Origin: Octopus vulgaris
Lineage: Eukaryota
NCBI GenBank assembly: GCA_951406725.2
Contig: OX597819.1
Span: 79,918,001 to 79,982,000 of the forward strand
Length of the DNA stretch: 64,000 bases
Direction: 5' to 3'
This document shows, piece after piece, positions 50,355-63,797 of the stretch. Under the pieces are notes generated by a model. The model ran no database searches and was not told the origin of the DNA. It saw nothing but the letters and a program-made list of their open reading frames with translations. The translations under genes and the position numbers were made by a program. The first letter of the stretch is position 1. Each line of letters opens with the position of its first letter.

Positions 50355-50844
50355 GAGTGAGAGAGCAGTGCATGCCATCAAAGTGACACTGGGGTAAAAT
50401 ATACGAAGCCCAATATACCCGTTTGATAAGGGTACACCAGGCACATGCATCACAACCATATGTGCGCGACATGGTGATCTCATATCAAGATAAACAGCAC
50501 ATGACCTTGCAGGTGGGGCCCAGTTAGAATTTTCTTCAGGTTGAGTAGCCCATCCCGTTCAAAAGGTCCCTGAATAAGGGTTGTTTAAGGATGTTGAAAG
50601 AACCACCCCATGTTTCCAGAGATTAATTATTCAAACCCCAAAGAATCCCTCTCAACACATGGCTATGATGCTCCCCCACTACTTCTGCTCGTGATCAGAG
50701 ATGCACATATCGTCAGCCACTAAGGGACATGCTCAACTGGTTAAGGTCAAACAACTGACAAGCAAATCTGTGGTATTGAGCAGAATATTTGCTGTAGCCC
50801 ATCTTTTATACCAAGACAAAACAATGTACATGATAACACTTCCA

Positions 50845-50845
<1 letters not shown>
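50354..50845 (-). mobile_element. Non-coding (TAA)n-associated element, copy 3 (lacks ~55 bp at one end)
   Basis: Direct repeat of copies 1 and 2; ends ccaat|tattatt. Confidence 0.8.
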
Positions 50846-50906
<61 letters not shown>

Positions 50907-51842
50907 CAAGGTGGTCAACTGGTAGAATCGTTAGCACACTGGACGAAATGCTTAGAGGTATTTCGTCTGCCGCTACGTTCTGAGTTTAAATTCCTCCGAG
51001 GTCAACTTTGTCTTTCATCCTTTCGGGGTCGATTAACTAAGTACCAGTTACGCACTGGGGTTGATATAATCGACTTAATCCGTTTGTCTGTCCTTATTTG
51101 TCCTCTCTGTGTTTGGCCGCTTGTGAGTAGTAAAGAAATATCTATTTCGCCTGTTGCTATGTTTTATATTCAAATTCCTCCAAGGTTGACTTTGCTTTTT
51201 ATCATTTTGGAGTCGAGGAAATAAGTACCAGGTACACACCTGGGTCGGTGTAATCGAATAGCCCCCTCTCCACCAAAATCTCAGGCCTTATACTTATATT
51301 AAAAAGGATTATTGTTATTGATATTATTATTAATGGAGACAACTGTGAATAAATAAAAGTGATATTTAAAAGTTGAAGCTACACAGCAAATTCAGCGATT
51401 GACTTTATACTTGGTCTCTTTTGCGCCGAACCGTAGAAGTGCTGAGCCTACAATCAATGATTTCTCGTCTAGTTCACGGTGGAGAGACATTGTTTCTTAC
51501 TGTGGATAATTTGGTTTATATTAAGTCAGATAAAGAAGTTTATCGGTGTGCTTAATCTTTGCTGGCTAGTGAACGCTAGGATGCTGTATTGTTATATATT
51601 ATCTTTCTCTCGGATATTACGTTAATAGGACTAGATAGATAATATATTCCAATTTGACACATAAAGACTGACAGATCTGCCAGCGGCATCTTTTCTTTTA
51701 CTTGTTTCAGTCATTGAACTGCGGCCATGCCGAGGACCGTTTTGATAACTTTAGTCAAACCAGCTGTTGGTAGTGGGGGGGAAGCAAAGACAAAGACAAA
51801 TACATGTACACATATATACGTATACATACATGTGTGTGTGTA

Positions 51843-51887
<45 letters not shown>

Positions 51888-51891
<4 letters not shown>

Positions 51892-52383
51892 TACTTAGTT
51901 GTTAAAATGTTGCAATAATGATCGTAGGGCTATGGTTTCCATTCCTGGACCGAGTGGTGTGTTCTCTGTTCGAGCAAAGCACTTCATTTCACGTTGCTTT
52001 AATCCAACCAACTGACAAATGATTAATCCTGCGAGGGACCAGCGTCCTATCCAGTAGTTGGGAAGGGAATATATATATATATAATATTAATTAGAGACAA
52101 AACCACTATTATGCAAATCAAACAAATAAAGACTTAATCCAATACATAAAAATTTTTTATATAAATTAAATATAATTAAGATTAATTAATCTTAATTAAT
52201 CTTAATTATATTTAATTTATATAAAAAAGTTTTATGTATTGGATTAAGTCTTTATTTGTTTGATTTGCATAATAGTGGTTTTGTCTCTAATTAATATTAT
52301 ATTATATTTTACTATAAAATTGGATTCAATCCTAAATCTGATTTTTCCCTGTAAATTTGGATTTATTCCCTAATATTTATTAT

Positions 52384-52419
<36 letters not shown>

Positions 52420-52470
52420 TACAGAATATGAGAAATCGGGCTTAGGCGCATGTGGCTCGCGACGGACGAT
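51888..52470 (+). mobile_element. SINE family 3 copy split by a palindromic insertion at an internal TA tract
   Basis: Head/core gcgttacttagttgttaaa...gagcaaagcacttcatttcacgttgc; tail resumes at ~52418. Confidence 0.6.
52079..52390. repeat. Near-perfect ~224-bp palindrome (52079-52302) plus ~90-bp unpaired extension, inserted in TA
   Basis: ataatattaattagagacaaaaccactattatgc... / ...gcataatagtggttttgtctctaattaatattat. Confidence 0.9.
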
Positions 52471-52478
52471 TGCTTCTT

Positions 52479-52509
<31 letters not shown>

Positions 52510-53858
52510 GCACACACACATAAATCATTTAAGTTTGTGTACAGGAAACTTTTTGAATATTCATATAAAATCTCCTGTTTTATCATACCGCCTACAGCCT
52601 AATGATGCCAACTGGCAATACCATTTTCTGTGGGGTACCAGTTTCCAGCTGGGGTCGATGTAATCGACTTAATCCCTTTGTCTGTCCTTGTTTGTCCCCT
52701 CTATGTTTAGACCCTTGTGGGCAGTAAAGAAATACATTTTTTTTTGGGGGGGGGGGGGAGCATCGGATCGAGCTGTGCGGATATAATGTTGGATAAATAT
52801 AGTAACAACAATAATAACAATAATCCTTTGAAAACACTTACCAAGGGTGCTGTGCTGTGGAATCGACTTCGAAATTGCGTGTTTGCAAAGCGCGCTGCTT
52901 AGAAGCACAACCGTGCCTGCGCGTGTTCCAATCCAGATTCATTTTTGTATACATTACTATACATAGATGCTATTTTACTTGTTTGCTACCTGCAGTATTA
53001 TAGCATATATTAATGCTTACAATATACTTTTGCCACTCCGTCTAGTATCAGAGAATGTTACGTAGGTAAAGTAATTATAATTTTACTTTCTTGCAAATTT
53101 CATGGGTATATGAATTCTAATGCAATGAATGTAAATTTTCAAGATATAATTCTTTATCCAATTAAAATTATAACAAATTCCTGGTTTATATATTTACAAT
53201 ATATATATGTTATCAATAACCATAAAATTGTTTATCAATTAATTATAGATATAGCATATCCTGTTACTACCAACGAAGGCAAAATTATGTTCCCAATGTT
53301 ACCTGTTTGAGGACAGATACACACGAATTAGTATCACATCGTTCATCGTTTACTTGAATCAGACTGCGGCCATGCTGGGGCTTCCACCTTCAAGAATTTT
53401 AGTCGAACGAATCGAACCCAGTACTTTTGTTTTAAGACTGGTACTTATTCTATCAGACTCTGTTGCCGAACCGCTAAATTATTATTACAAACACTGGTTA
53501 CATACGCGCGCGACGACACACACAACAGGACAGGCTTCTTTCAGTTTTTCTCTACCAAATCCACTGATAAGGCTTTGATCAGCCTGGGGCTATAGTGAAA
53601 GACACGTGGCCAAAGTGCCATGCAGTGAAACTGCGCTCGGAATCTTCTTACCACGCATTCATGCCTGCGCCAATGTATACTAATTCAGATTACTGAATCT
53701 AATTTGACTAATGAAGAATTAGAATTTAGAGCTATTTCTTTTTTCAGTACATCTCGAGCTCATCCTGGATGACTTAGCAGTCAGGAGTTGATAAATCATT
53801 TACCAGTAATGTAGATTCAATCAACTACATCAGTCCTCAGAAAGAATGTGGCTTCACA

Positions 53859-53901
<43 letters not shown>

Positions 53902-53902
53902 G

Positions 53903-53976
<74 letters not shown>

Positions 53977-54189
53977 TGTCTTCCGCCGAAGACGACGTAT
54001 GAGCGTTCAGCTTTTTGCCGAACGACCTGCCCAAATGATTTCTTTACAATAATCGAATGTTCGTTCCGCATTTTAGCTCAATCCCTCTCTCCCTAAGATC
54101 GACTTTGCCCGAACAGTTGCACGATGTACCACACATCAGGTGTCAAAAACATTACAGAGCAATGTGAGATGAAGTGTTCTTGTCACACT

Positions 54190-54465
54190 CTGTGTCACGC
54201 TGAATCTCCTCGAGAACTACGTTAAGGGTACACGTATCTGTGGAGTGCTCAGCCACTTGCACGTTAATAGATGAGCTGCGACGTCAATGGTGCCAAGCTG
54301 TATCGGCCTTTGCCTTTCCCTTGGATAACATCGGTGGCGTGGAGAAGGGAGGCTGGTATGCGTGGGCGACTGCTGGTCTTCCATAAACAACCTTGCCCAG
54401 ACTTGTACCTCGGAGGGTAACTTTCTAGGTGCAATTCCATGGTCATTCATGACTGAAGGAGGTCA
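54190..54465 (-). repeat. Interspersed repeat fragment resembling RTE-clade 5' UTR-derived sequence
   Basis: Minus strand ccaagggaaaggcaaaggccgatacagcttggcacca motif; family assignment from recollection only. Confidence 0.35.
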
Positions 54466-54482
54466 CAATATATATGTATGTA

Positions 54483-55671
54483 CAGAGGTTGGTCAAAATA
54501 ATGGAAACACCTTAAAATTTTTATTTTAATATAGGGTAGGACCGCCTTTGGCAGTAATTACAGCTTGAATTCTACGTGGTATACGGACTCGTACAAAGTT
54601 TTAATTGCTTCCCAAGAATTTTTATTGATTCTTGAGCTAAAACAGTCTCCAGTTCTTGTAGAGATGAAGGTGGAGGATATCAACGTCTTACATGTTTTTC
54701 TAAAGTGTACCATAAATATTCAATAATATTAAGATCTGAGGACTGTGGTAGCCAGATAAGGTGTTCAACTTCCCCAGAATGTTCCTCATGTCATTCAGTA
54801 ACAACATTTAGCTGTGTGAATTGGTGCATTATCGCCCTGAAAGAATGCGTTTCCTTCCGGAAGCAGTTCCACAACCATAGGATGAATTTGGTCAGATAAA
54901 ACGCTTAAATAGTCTTCACTATTAATTTTGCCATGAAAGAAAATTTTTAGGCCGGCGGATTTCCAAGATATAATCCCACCAGATCATCACAGATCCTCCT
55001 CCATGTTCAACAGTTGGAAGAATGCAGTCTAGGCAAAATGCTTCTTTTGGCTGTCCCCACATTCTTCCTCTCCTCTAGGGATTAATTCTAGGCTTTTACT
55101 CCACTCTGAACGCTTTGCAACATTTGTTTTTGAAAGTAGTAGTTTTCTGATTGCAGCCCACCCCGTGAATTCCGGCTTTGTGCAGCTCCCGAGGAACAGT
55201 TTTTGTGGAAACTGGATTCTCGAGGTGATCATTAAGCTCTGCAGTAATTTTGGGAGTTGTACTTTTGTGCTCCTTTCTAACAATTCGCGTAAGAGCTCGA
55301 CGGTCCCTAGCTGAAAGATTTTTTCGACGAGGTGGTTTTTTCCATCTTTCTCACAGGCTGTCATTACTTTCGAGACAGCACTTCTTGATCCACCAAACAT
55401 TTCGGCTGTTTTCGTTACGCTAGCGCTCGCCATTTGAGCACTAACAATTTGACCTCTTTGAAAGTCCGACAGATCTGTAATTTTAATGAATTTTAATTAC
55501 CTTTTTCTGATGATATCTTAAAAAAAGAGCAATTTTAGCAAAACATATTAAGCAACACTAATAATAAATAAAAAAAAATATAAAAGTAAAGAAGCTTTTG
55601 ACGGTTTTATAGATATTTCAGAATTATAATGCGATGATGCTAGGTATTTCCATTATTTTTTCCAACCTCTG
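54483..55671 (-). mobile_element. Tc1-family DNA transposon, second degenerate copy
   Basis: TIRs CAGAGGTTGGTCAAAATAATGGAAACACC / GGTATTTCCATTATTTTTTCCAACCTCTG; reverse-complement homology to 1612-2849. Confidence 0.88.
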
Positions 55672-55719
55672 CGTATATATATATCAGATATTCCGTAGGA
55701 ATGTAGCATTTATACATTA

Positions 55720-56522
55720 CTAGCAGCATAGCCCGGCGTTGCCCGGGTATGTAAGAGCCCCTAGAAGGCAACGACTAATCCCAATCTAGTCCTTTCTCTC
55801 TAGGGAACGAAGGCGCATGTGTAGGTTGCAATGTCTTCTCTTCTCTCCCAAATAACTATCAAACAGCTATCGATAATTCAACCCAACCAATTCCTACCAG
55901 GAAGAAATTACATTCGAGACTTTACCCCCAACACCGCCACTTCTGCTAATAGCTGCTGCAGCCGCAAGTTATTCGAATTCTTTTTTTGTTTACACTTTCT
56001 TTATAACTACCACCCCAAACGTTTTACCTTAAATTTTTGACATACCCTAAGGGTCCTCGAACGCTACTTGCAAACTCTTGGTTTATTATAAACCGCTTTT
56101 GTCGTGTGCATCAAAAACCCTTTTCCATTCGTTTGTTCCGGTTGGTCACTTTTGACTTTTTCGTTGTTGTCACTCACATTGCTGCCCGCTTTTTTGCCGT
56201 TTTTGTACATTTTTATACATTTTGGGATACTTACCCCACGTGTTCCGAGAGTTGAAAAGGTCGAGTTGCGTCCCCTAGACAGTCTGTAGAAAATGTGTTG
56301 CGTATAAAAAGCTTAGATTCTCGACCCATGTCGAATTTATCGATTTTTTTTTCAGAACTGGGATCTTTTCAAACTTTTCGCTGCGTTAGTTTTGAATTAT
56401 GACATTGGGCTACGTGTGTGTCAAGTTTCATCAGAATCGGTTGAAAGCCGTGGTCAGGGTGAGGGTACAACCTGACAGACACACAGACAGACAAACTGCC
56501 GTTCATATATAGAGAGAAGAGA
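55720..56522 (-). mobile_element. Non-autonomous Helitron
   Basis: Minus strand A|TCTCTTCTCTCTATATAT 5' end, (CTGT)n near the 5' end, GC hairpin cccgggcaacgccggg shortly before CTAG|T 3' end, no TSD. Confidence 0.8.
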
Positions 56523-57636
56523 TTACGATTATTAAATGCAGATTCGACTTCATTCTTGGACATCGCCAATATAGATTCCTTACAGTATAATGTGTATCCT
56601 AGTACTTAGTTCTAAAGTATAGTTTGTGTAATATTAAATGATTAACTACTCCTGGATAGGATGTGGGTCAACTTTCGATGTGATTTACTGACGATTGAAA
56701 AAGAATCCAGCTCATGAAACTTATATATGGTGAACCAGTACGCACTACTTTAAACTGGTTCTATGAATAGACACTCATAACGTTCGATGCAGTAGATCAG
56801 TAATGTAATTAATATGCGTATTTCCTTAAATGACAGTGACGTACGTAGCAGGAAATCCAATCCAATCTCTTTTCATCTTTTCCACAAGAGATTCGGCAAT
56901 TTACTAGACGTTGTTTTTATCATTCTGTGTATGTGGGGTTGGGTAGTCGCGCCCATATCATTGTGAAGGCTCTGATAGTCTAGTGAGAGAATTGTATTTA
57001 ATATCCTTCTTGAACTTCTTTTAAGTTGATGTATGTGTTTAAGAAAAAAAAAAGCAACAAAACAAAACACACAGGAGCAAAGTGTGAATTACTGAAGGTT
57101 GTAATTCTAGAGGGGACGTATTAATAATTGTTTCTAGCATTGGCACAAGACCTGAAATTTTAGGGGAAAAGTAATACTTGATGATATTGACCCCAATACT
57201 TGACTATCAATTTATGTTATCGACGTCGGAAAGCTGAACGGCTAGGTTTTGGCGTGGGAGGGATTTGAACTCAAGAATAAACATTACTAATAGAAAAGTA
57301 GCTCTGTACAAAGCTTTGATGAGTAAGATAAAGTAAGGATGATGTTGGCTTGTCCGAAATGTTACTTCAATGGCGATAGTATGATGTTTGCTTGTTCAAA
57401 ATTGTAAAAGAGTTGCTATATCGGTAGGAGAGATATAAGAAATAAAAACCCAAATATCTATAACAGCTGCGAGCCAATGAATGTATTATGTCGATGCGTA
57501 AGCCTTTGTAATCCCCAGGTTTGCCAGAACAAGACATGGGAGTAGGGCTTGTTTTTTTTTCACAGAAAACTAGCAACTTATTAAGCCTGAAATATATTTT
57601 ACCTTCTCAACGTGAAGCCTGTCTAATCTTTGAAGA

Positions 57637-57880
57637 GATGCGTGTGTTAGTGGTTAAAGAGTTACATTCATGATAGTAAGATTTTGATTTCGATTCCTGG
57701 ACCGGGGAATGTGTTGTGTTCTTGAGCAAGACACTTCACTTCACGTTGTTCCAGTCAACGCAGCTGGCAAGTAATCCTGCGAAGGACCAGCATGCCATCC
57801 CGGTGGTGGGATGGATTTAGAATACATACGCCACAGAATCCGGGAAACCGGCCTTACGAGTCTATGCCTCGTGAAAGACA
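57637..57880 (+). mobile_element. tRNA-derived SINE family 3 (CORE-like)
   Basis: A-box-like ttagtggttaaag, B-box-like tttcgattcc, core ttgtgttcttgagcaagacacttcac. Confidence 0.7.
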
Positions 57881-58326
57881 TTTGATCGCTCTATTTTTTT
57901 TTGTCTTATCCGCAGTAAGTTGTGTTGGCAATGTTCTAGATTCGTGGTACCCAAGAAAGATTATCAGATTTTGTGAAGAACAGTATCTGTTGCAGGATTC
58001 AACATCATTTGTAAAACATCGAAAGGAAGTGATTCCTAAGGACTCTTCCTCCACGTCCCTCCCACGAGTAGTAGGGGGAGATGGATGGATGGAATATGTG
58101 AAGATATTATATAAGAAGACTAGAGAGAAAGATAAAATAAGACGAATATCACCCCGTATTTTTTTAGATTAATAATTTGTGTATGAAAACTATAAGGTAT
58201 TTCAATAAGTTACAAAATACTTATTTACCCAAAACAAGCTTTAGCTGGTCTGTACAGTTTCCCGTTATGCTTGCCTTTACTCATCTTTTTTTTTCTCCTT
58301 GATTTGGATGTTTAAATCTTATAAAC

Positions 58327-58673
58327 CAGTAGTTCTCAACTATTTTTCTAACATTTAGACCCCTTTGATTTGATATTTTATTTTTTAGCCATTCGATATT
58401 TATAGATACGGCTTTCGAAATTTCTATTTTGTTTTTTTGTGCATTCACTTGTATATGTTTGCAATGACATTTTGAGAGACCATGTATCAGAGGCCAGAAA
58501 CATGTTGAGCGATGTAAAACGTCAGAGAAAGAATCATGGCTGTTCCTTACAATAAATGCGACTAAAGCAAAATCTTTTAATGGACGTTTAAAATACTACC
58601 GTGATCCACAATTTACTGTTTTATTTGCGTGGATCCCGCAAAATCTTATACGGACACCAGTTGAGAACCTCTA
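58327..58673. mobile_element. hAT (Charlie-like) MITE
   Basis: Termini CAGTAGTTCTCAAC / GTTGAGAACCTCTA with near-matching 8-bp flanks ttataaac / ctgtaaac. Confidence 0.6.
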
Positions 58674-59859
58674 CTGTAAACTGATGGCACTAAAGGAAAA
58701 CACGATTACAAGATAAAAAAAAACAAATATGAATGTCAAGCTCTCCCTTATAATAAGACGAGCAGCATTTGCAGTAAAGTTTATATATTTTCATGCTACT
58801 TTAATATTACAAAGCAACCGCTACAACAGCACCAGCACAAACTACAAAAAAACAGTTTACAAAAATGAAAAGCAAAGCAATAAAAAATATTAAAAGAGCG
58901 AAGGTAAAAAAAAAAAGAAACCTTCATTCAATCATTTTTAGAATCGTTCTTGACAGGTTTCAAGGGTTTCATGATATCACTATAACATTCTCCACTTAGA
59001 ATAGATATGACTAACAATCTTTCTTCTTTCGTGCCAAAATGACTACTTTGACGTCAGCAGCTAAAGTGAGCGCTTGTTGATTAACACAACATTATTATTA
59101 TTATTGTTGTTGTTGTGGTGGTGGTGGTGGTGGAGGTTGTTGTGTGCAGGGTTGTGGTGTTGGGGGTAGTGGTGGTGGTTGCGGTGGTGGGGATGGTGGT
59201 GGTGGTGCTGCTGCTGCTGTTGCTGCCGCGGTTGGTGCCAGCAACTCATTGTTTAAGGTTGCTCGTAAGTTTTTCTTTGTATATATTCAAAAGACGATCG
59301 CAGAAATTTTGAGAAATGAAACTTATTTAAGCTTACCAGAGTACATTCGGTTGGTTGTCATTTTTGTTTCTTGTCCTGTTGCCGCTGAAATTTGTTATAA
59401 AATTTTTCAAATGTTGTTTTCAGAAACAATTGTTTTACGAACATGGCGTCAGCTTCCACAGTTAGCAAACCGACGGGAGAGATGATACACAATGACAGGT
59501 GTTTTACATCGAAAAGGAGGAAGACGATTGTCAAGGGTGGAAAGCCCGAAGTCCAAATAGCAACAGCCATAACAGTAACAACAGTAGCAAACTCCACAAC
59601 AGCATCATCAGCAGCAATAGGTGGAAAGACATTATACTCATGGAAGGAGAGGAGGTATTTTCATCGTTAGAATTTCAAAGTTTAAAAGATTGCTTCTGAT
59701 TCTGCAGACAACATTAAGAAACATAACATCAACGGCAGCTGCAGCAGCAGCAATTATGGTAAAAACAACAGCGATAGCAGCAGCAGCAGCAGCGAAGGCT
59801 GGTTCTAAAAACTTTTAAGTAGCAGTGAAAACACAGCAAACATATTTCTTTTTGCTATG

Positions 59860-60480
59860 ATTGTCAAAGCTTTCGATGTTGAATCAGTGGACAAAAAGCA
59901 CGGTCAATTAGAAGACAATTAGAAGAAATATATCAGGAGATTAGAACAGAGAAATGTTTTGCTTAATATAACGAAGCACCTCTTTTATGAAATTCTGTAT
60001 AGATATTTATCTACGAAAAGACACAAATTAGAGTGTATACATTCAGACCTGAACTCTGAAAAATATATGGTCTGACAATAATTTTGTGAGATATTTCCAT
60101 GGGTTCAAGTACATACGAGTTATTTTTCAGTTAGAAATCCTAGCTCAGAAGCAGCTGACATAAATAATTATTTCTTCGTGGGGCAGAGAATAATTCGAGT
60201 GAAAATTTCCACTATACCACTATAACTAGGCTTTTGGTGGGTGGTTCGATGTAAGGTTTGGGAATAATCTATCACGCTGGTAGAAATAAAAAGATTTCGC
60301 AAATAAAATTGGGCTGGGATGGTGCTAGAGGTTTTGAATCTGTTGAATTTACATTAGACTAAATTCCGGACCTAACAGAAATCCCAGGAATGCAGCGACT
60401 GCGGATAGTAGTGGAAAATAGAAGACCTCGATGTCACAAATGTGGAAACACTGTACTGTTCACTTCCCCAGCAACAACAG
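59860..60480 (+). pseudogene. Highly degenerate Tx1-like ORF1 remnant
   Basis: LRIVVENRRPRCHKCG parallels IRVSVEGRRPRCFKC of the 16-17 kb ORF1; boundaries uncertain. Confidence 0.4.
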
Positions 60481-60611
60481 AAAACACAGCTAAAAAGTCT
60501 TTGCAGTTTCACAACCACCACGAACAGCAACAAGCATATCACAAACAGCTGCAGCAATTACAAGAACAGTACGAAAAGGCAACATCAGTGATTACAGCAC
60601 CAGCTGCTTCT

Positions 60612-60672
<61 letters not shown>

Positions 60673-60692
60673 CAGCAGTAGTAGTGGTAGTT

Positions 60693-60723
<31 letters not shown>

Positions 60724-62409
60724 TAGTAGTAGTGTGATGTGTTTACATACGAAAATCAAGATTGGCCAGTTTGTGTCAGTACAAGCAATCGTAATAAAAC
60801 CTTGCAACTGCCAGTAAATTTTAACCATTTGAAGACAGGATTTCTCGAGAAGGTCAAGTTGCCATTCCTTAATAACCAGCAGCATTCTCTGGTTGAAACG
60901 TAAATTTTCAGCTACCTTGAAACCTCGTCATATTATCTCTAAGTGGTAAGTGAAAGAAATATGATGCTAGCTTGAAGCTGAAAGTGATAGCATACACCAA
61001 ATCCCGCAACTGTAATGAAAATTTAAATGCTTATAAAATTTAAACCTTTGTGGTTTAATTTGCTTTAATATATTTAAAATGATGTAAATTAGTACATTAA
61101 ATGTGTATATTTTATGTTTCTGTAATAAAATGTATTCAGTAAACATGTCACCTTTAGCGCCCACAGAGCTATTGATGCAGTCAAATGAATTGCCATGCTG
61201 TAAGACAGACAAGACCTACGACTATTGCAAACAACCCAAATAGAGTCTTAAGGATACATATGTGAATCAAATTAAAGAAAAAGCCTGCAATGTAATTTAT
61301 ACTATATTTTATAACACGTTGATATATTATAAATTCCGTAAGTAAATCAGTGAAAGCCTTTGAAGTAGACGATAAAATTAAACTTGGCACCATGTTAGTT
61401 GCAGCAAATTAACCGAAGTTTGAGTGACATCACCGTTTACACTACACCAGCTCACTTCATCTGAGGCCTATTATCGTATGCAATTAATAGAGTTTTACCA
61501 TTATTTGAAATTACTTAAGCCCTTCGCTCCTTAATGATTATAGGTCATCAACGACTTTTCTCCACTGTTCTCGACTCCGAGCCGTCTTTTCTCTTCTTCC
61601 AAGTATTATTGGTTTCGAATTATCATCAGTACATCGGCAACTTTACTTTTTTCTAGGTAAGGGTGTCGGCCCTACGAAAACGAATTTTTATTGCTTGCAA
61701 GAGGTGGTCCATGTTTAGTCTAGCCTCTATTCTTTAAATTGTCCAGCAAAGGAGTCCTTGCATGGCTCTCAAAATCATTGAAGCACACAAGTCACTGCAT
61801 TTCAGCAAAGGCTAGGTCCTGTAGGGGGTAATTTGAAATGAATTGATTTCAATTTAGAAGCATCAAAACAGTATTGCATGATAGTATACTTAACAGCATC
61901 ATTTCACTGGTGTTAGGGTTGTCATTAAAGAACTATAGCAGTAGTAAGTTCTTAGTTAACTAAGTGCCAAACTCCAACACCATTAAAACTTTTGGTGTAT
62001 GCGGAGGCGTGTGGGATAGTAGGTATGAAGTTGCACTTATGGTTGAAAGATTGTGGTTTCCATTCCTGGCCCGGTCGATGTATTGTATTCTTGAGCAAAT
62101 CACTTCAATTCAGGTTGCTCCAGTCCACTCAGCTGGAATAACTGAGTAATCTTTGACGGACCGTCGTCCAGTTCCGTGGGAGAACATATGGCACAGACTA
62201 AGAGGAAACCGGCCTGAGGAGCCTATGGCGCAAAAGGGAGCTTTAATAATTTTTTGTGACTCTCTGGTAAGAAGCCTGCTTCTCAACAACATGATGCCGG
62301 GTTCTAACCCACTGCGTAGCAATTTGGGAAAGTGTTTTCTACTAAGCTTCGGGTAGACCAAAGTCTTGTGAGCAGATTTGGTAAACGGAAACTGAAAGAA
62401 GCACGTAAC

Positions 62410-62440
<31 letters not shown>

Positions 62441-62522
62441 TGTATGTATGTATGTATGTATGTATGTATGTATGTATGTATGTATGTATATATGTATATA
62501 TGTATATATATATATATATATT

Positions 62523-62555
<33 letters not shown>

Positions 62556-62561
62556 TCATAT

Positions 62562-62810
62562 ATAGGGAGAATTCACAAAAAAAACAAAAGACGAAGAGAG
62601 ATGGTGTAGAGAACATGCAGATGTATTAGTTTAAAGATCGGGAAGTTAAAAAGTCTTTAACGTTTCGAGCCTATGCTCTTCCACAGAAAGGAATGGAGAA
62701 AGAAACAAGGAGAGAAAATAAAGAATGTGTAGTGGCTAGCGATCTATTATGGCGTATGCCGGACAGAGGGATCACACAGGAGAGCCAGGGAGAAGGGGAG
62801 ATAATAAAGT
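62562..62810 (-). repeat. Penelope-like terminal relic with hammerhead-like motif (62655-62690)
   Basis: Minus strand cuuu-CUGUGGA-A-gagc(auag)gcuc-GAAA-cg-UU-aaag; layout similar to 39900-40083. Confidence 0.5.
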
Positions 62811-62874
62811 ATGTATGAATGTATGTGTGTATGTATGTATGTATGTGTGTGTATGTGTGTGTGCGTGTGCGCGC

Positions 62875-63070
62875 GCGTGGTTTGTCTCTCTACCACTGCT
62901 TGTCAACAGCTGTCGTTGTCTTTACGCCCCTATATCTTAGCATTTCGACAAAGGACGCCGAAAGAATAAGTACTAGGCTTAAAAATAGTCCTGCGGTCGA
63001 TTTGTTCAGCTAAAACCCCTCCGGACAGTGCTCCAGCATGGCCGCAATCAAATGACTAAATCAAGTAAAG
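62875..63070 (+). mobile_element. SINE 3' part whose tail resembles the CR1-group LINE 3' end (also 51690-51740 -, 53352-53480 -)
   Basis: gtgctccagcatggccgcaatcaaatgactaaatcaag versus LINE ggtgccccagcatggccacagctcataagctgaaac. Confidence 0.65.
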
Positions 63071-63472
63071 CAACAACTGTATAATACAGGTAAATTTTAT
63101 ATAACTGTGGGGTACAACTGTTTGTTCTAGTCGATGTTATATAAGAGAACATGTTAGAAAGACATGTGTACGCCTTGTAAATAAACATCCTTAAAATCAA
63201 TCAAGAGCTTATTTCAGTGTAATATTGCTGGATCACATTATGCAGCGAGTATTTCTTAGATTTTTAAATGGAAAACAGTATGAGGGTCTCATGAGAATCA
63301 AGTCAACTTATACGTCGACATATACGTTATGCATATGAATATATGCATTTTGTCTGGAGTTTCAATCTTGAACTTTCAGGATAAGCGCATATATGAAAGC
63401 CATTTTCGTCGGGTGTATGGCTGCATGCGTATGTATGTCTTCGGCTGTTTTATTGCGTATGTGTTTGTGCCT

Positions 63473-63531
<59 letters not shown>

Positions 63532-63765
63532 GAGTGGGTAAGGTGACGATTTAAACTTTCATTTTGACTCACTGGGAGAGCGTAACTGAGATATAAAAAC
63601 CAACCGTTTTTTAGTTCAGTTTCCATTATCATCATCGTCATCAACATTCATCACCAACACCACCACCACCACAGCCACAGCCACCACCGCCGCCGTCGCC
63701 GCCACCAATACCATCATCATCATCATCATCATCATCATCATGGTCATCGTCATCGTCATCGTCAC

Positions 63766-63797
<32 letters not shown>

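Noticed and set aside
57637-57710. tRNA genes
   Set aside because: Only degenerate A/B boxes of SINE heads; no cloverleaf could be built
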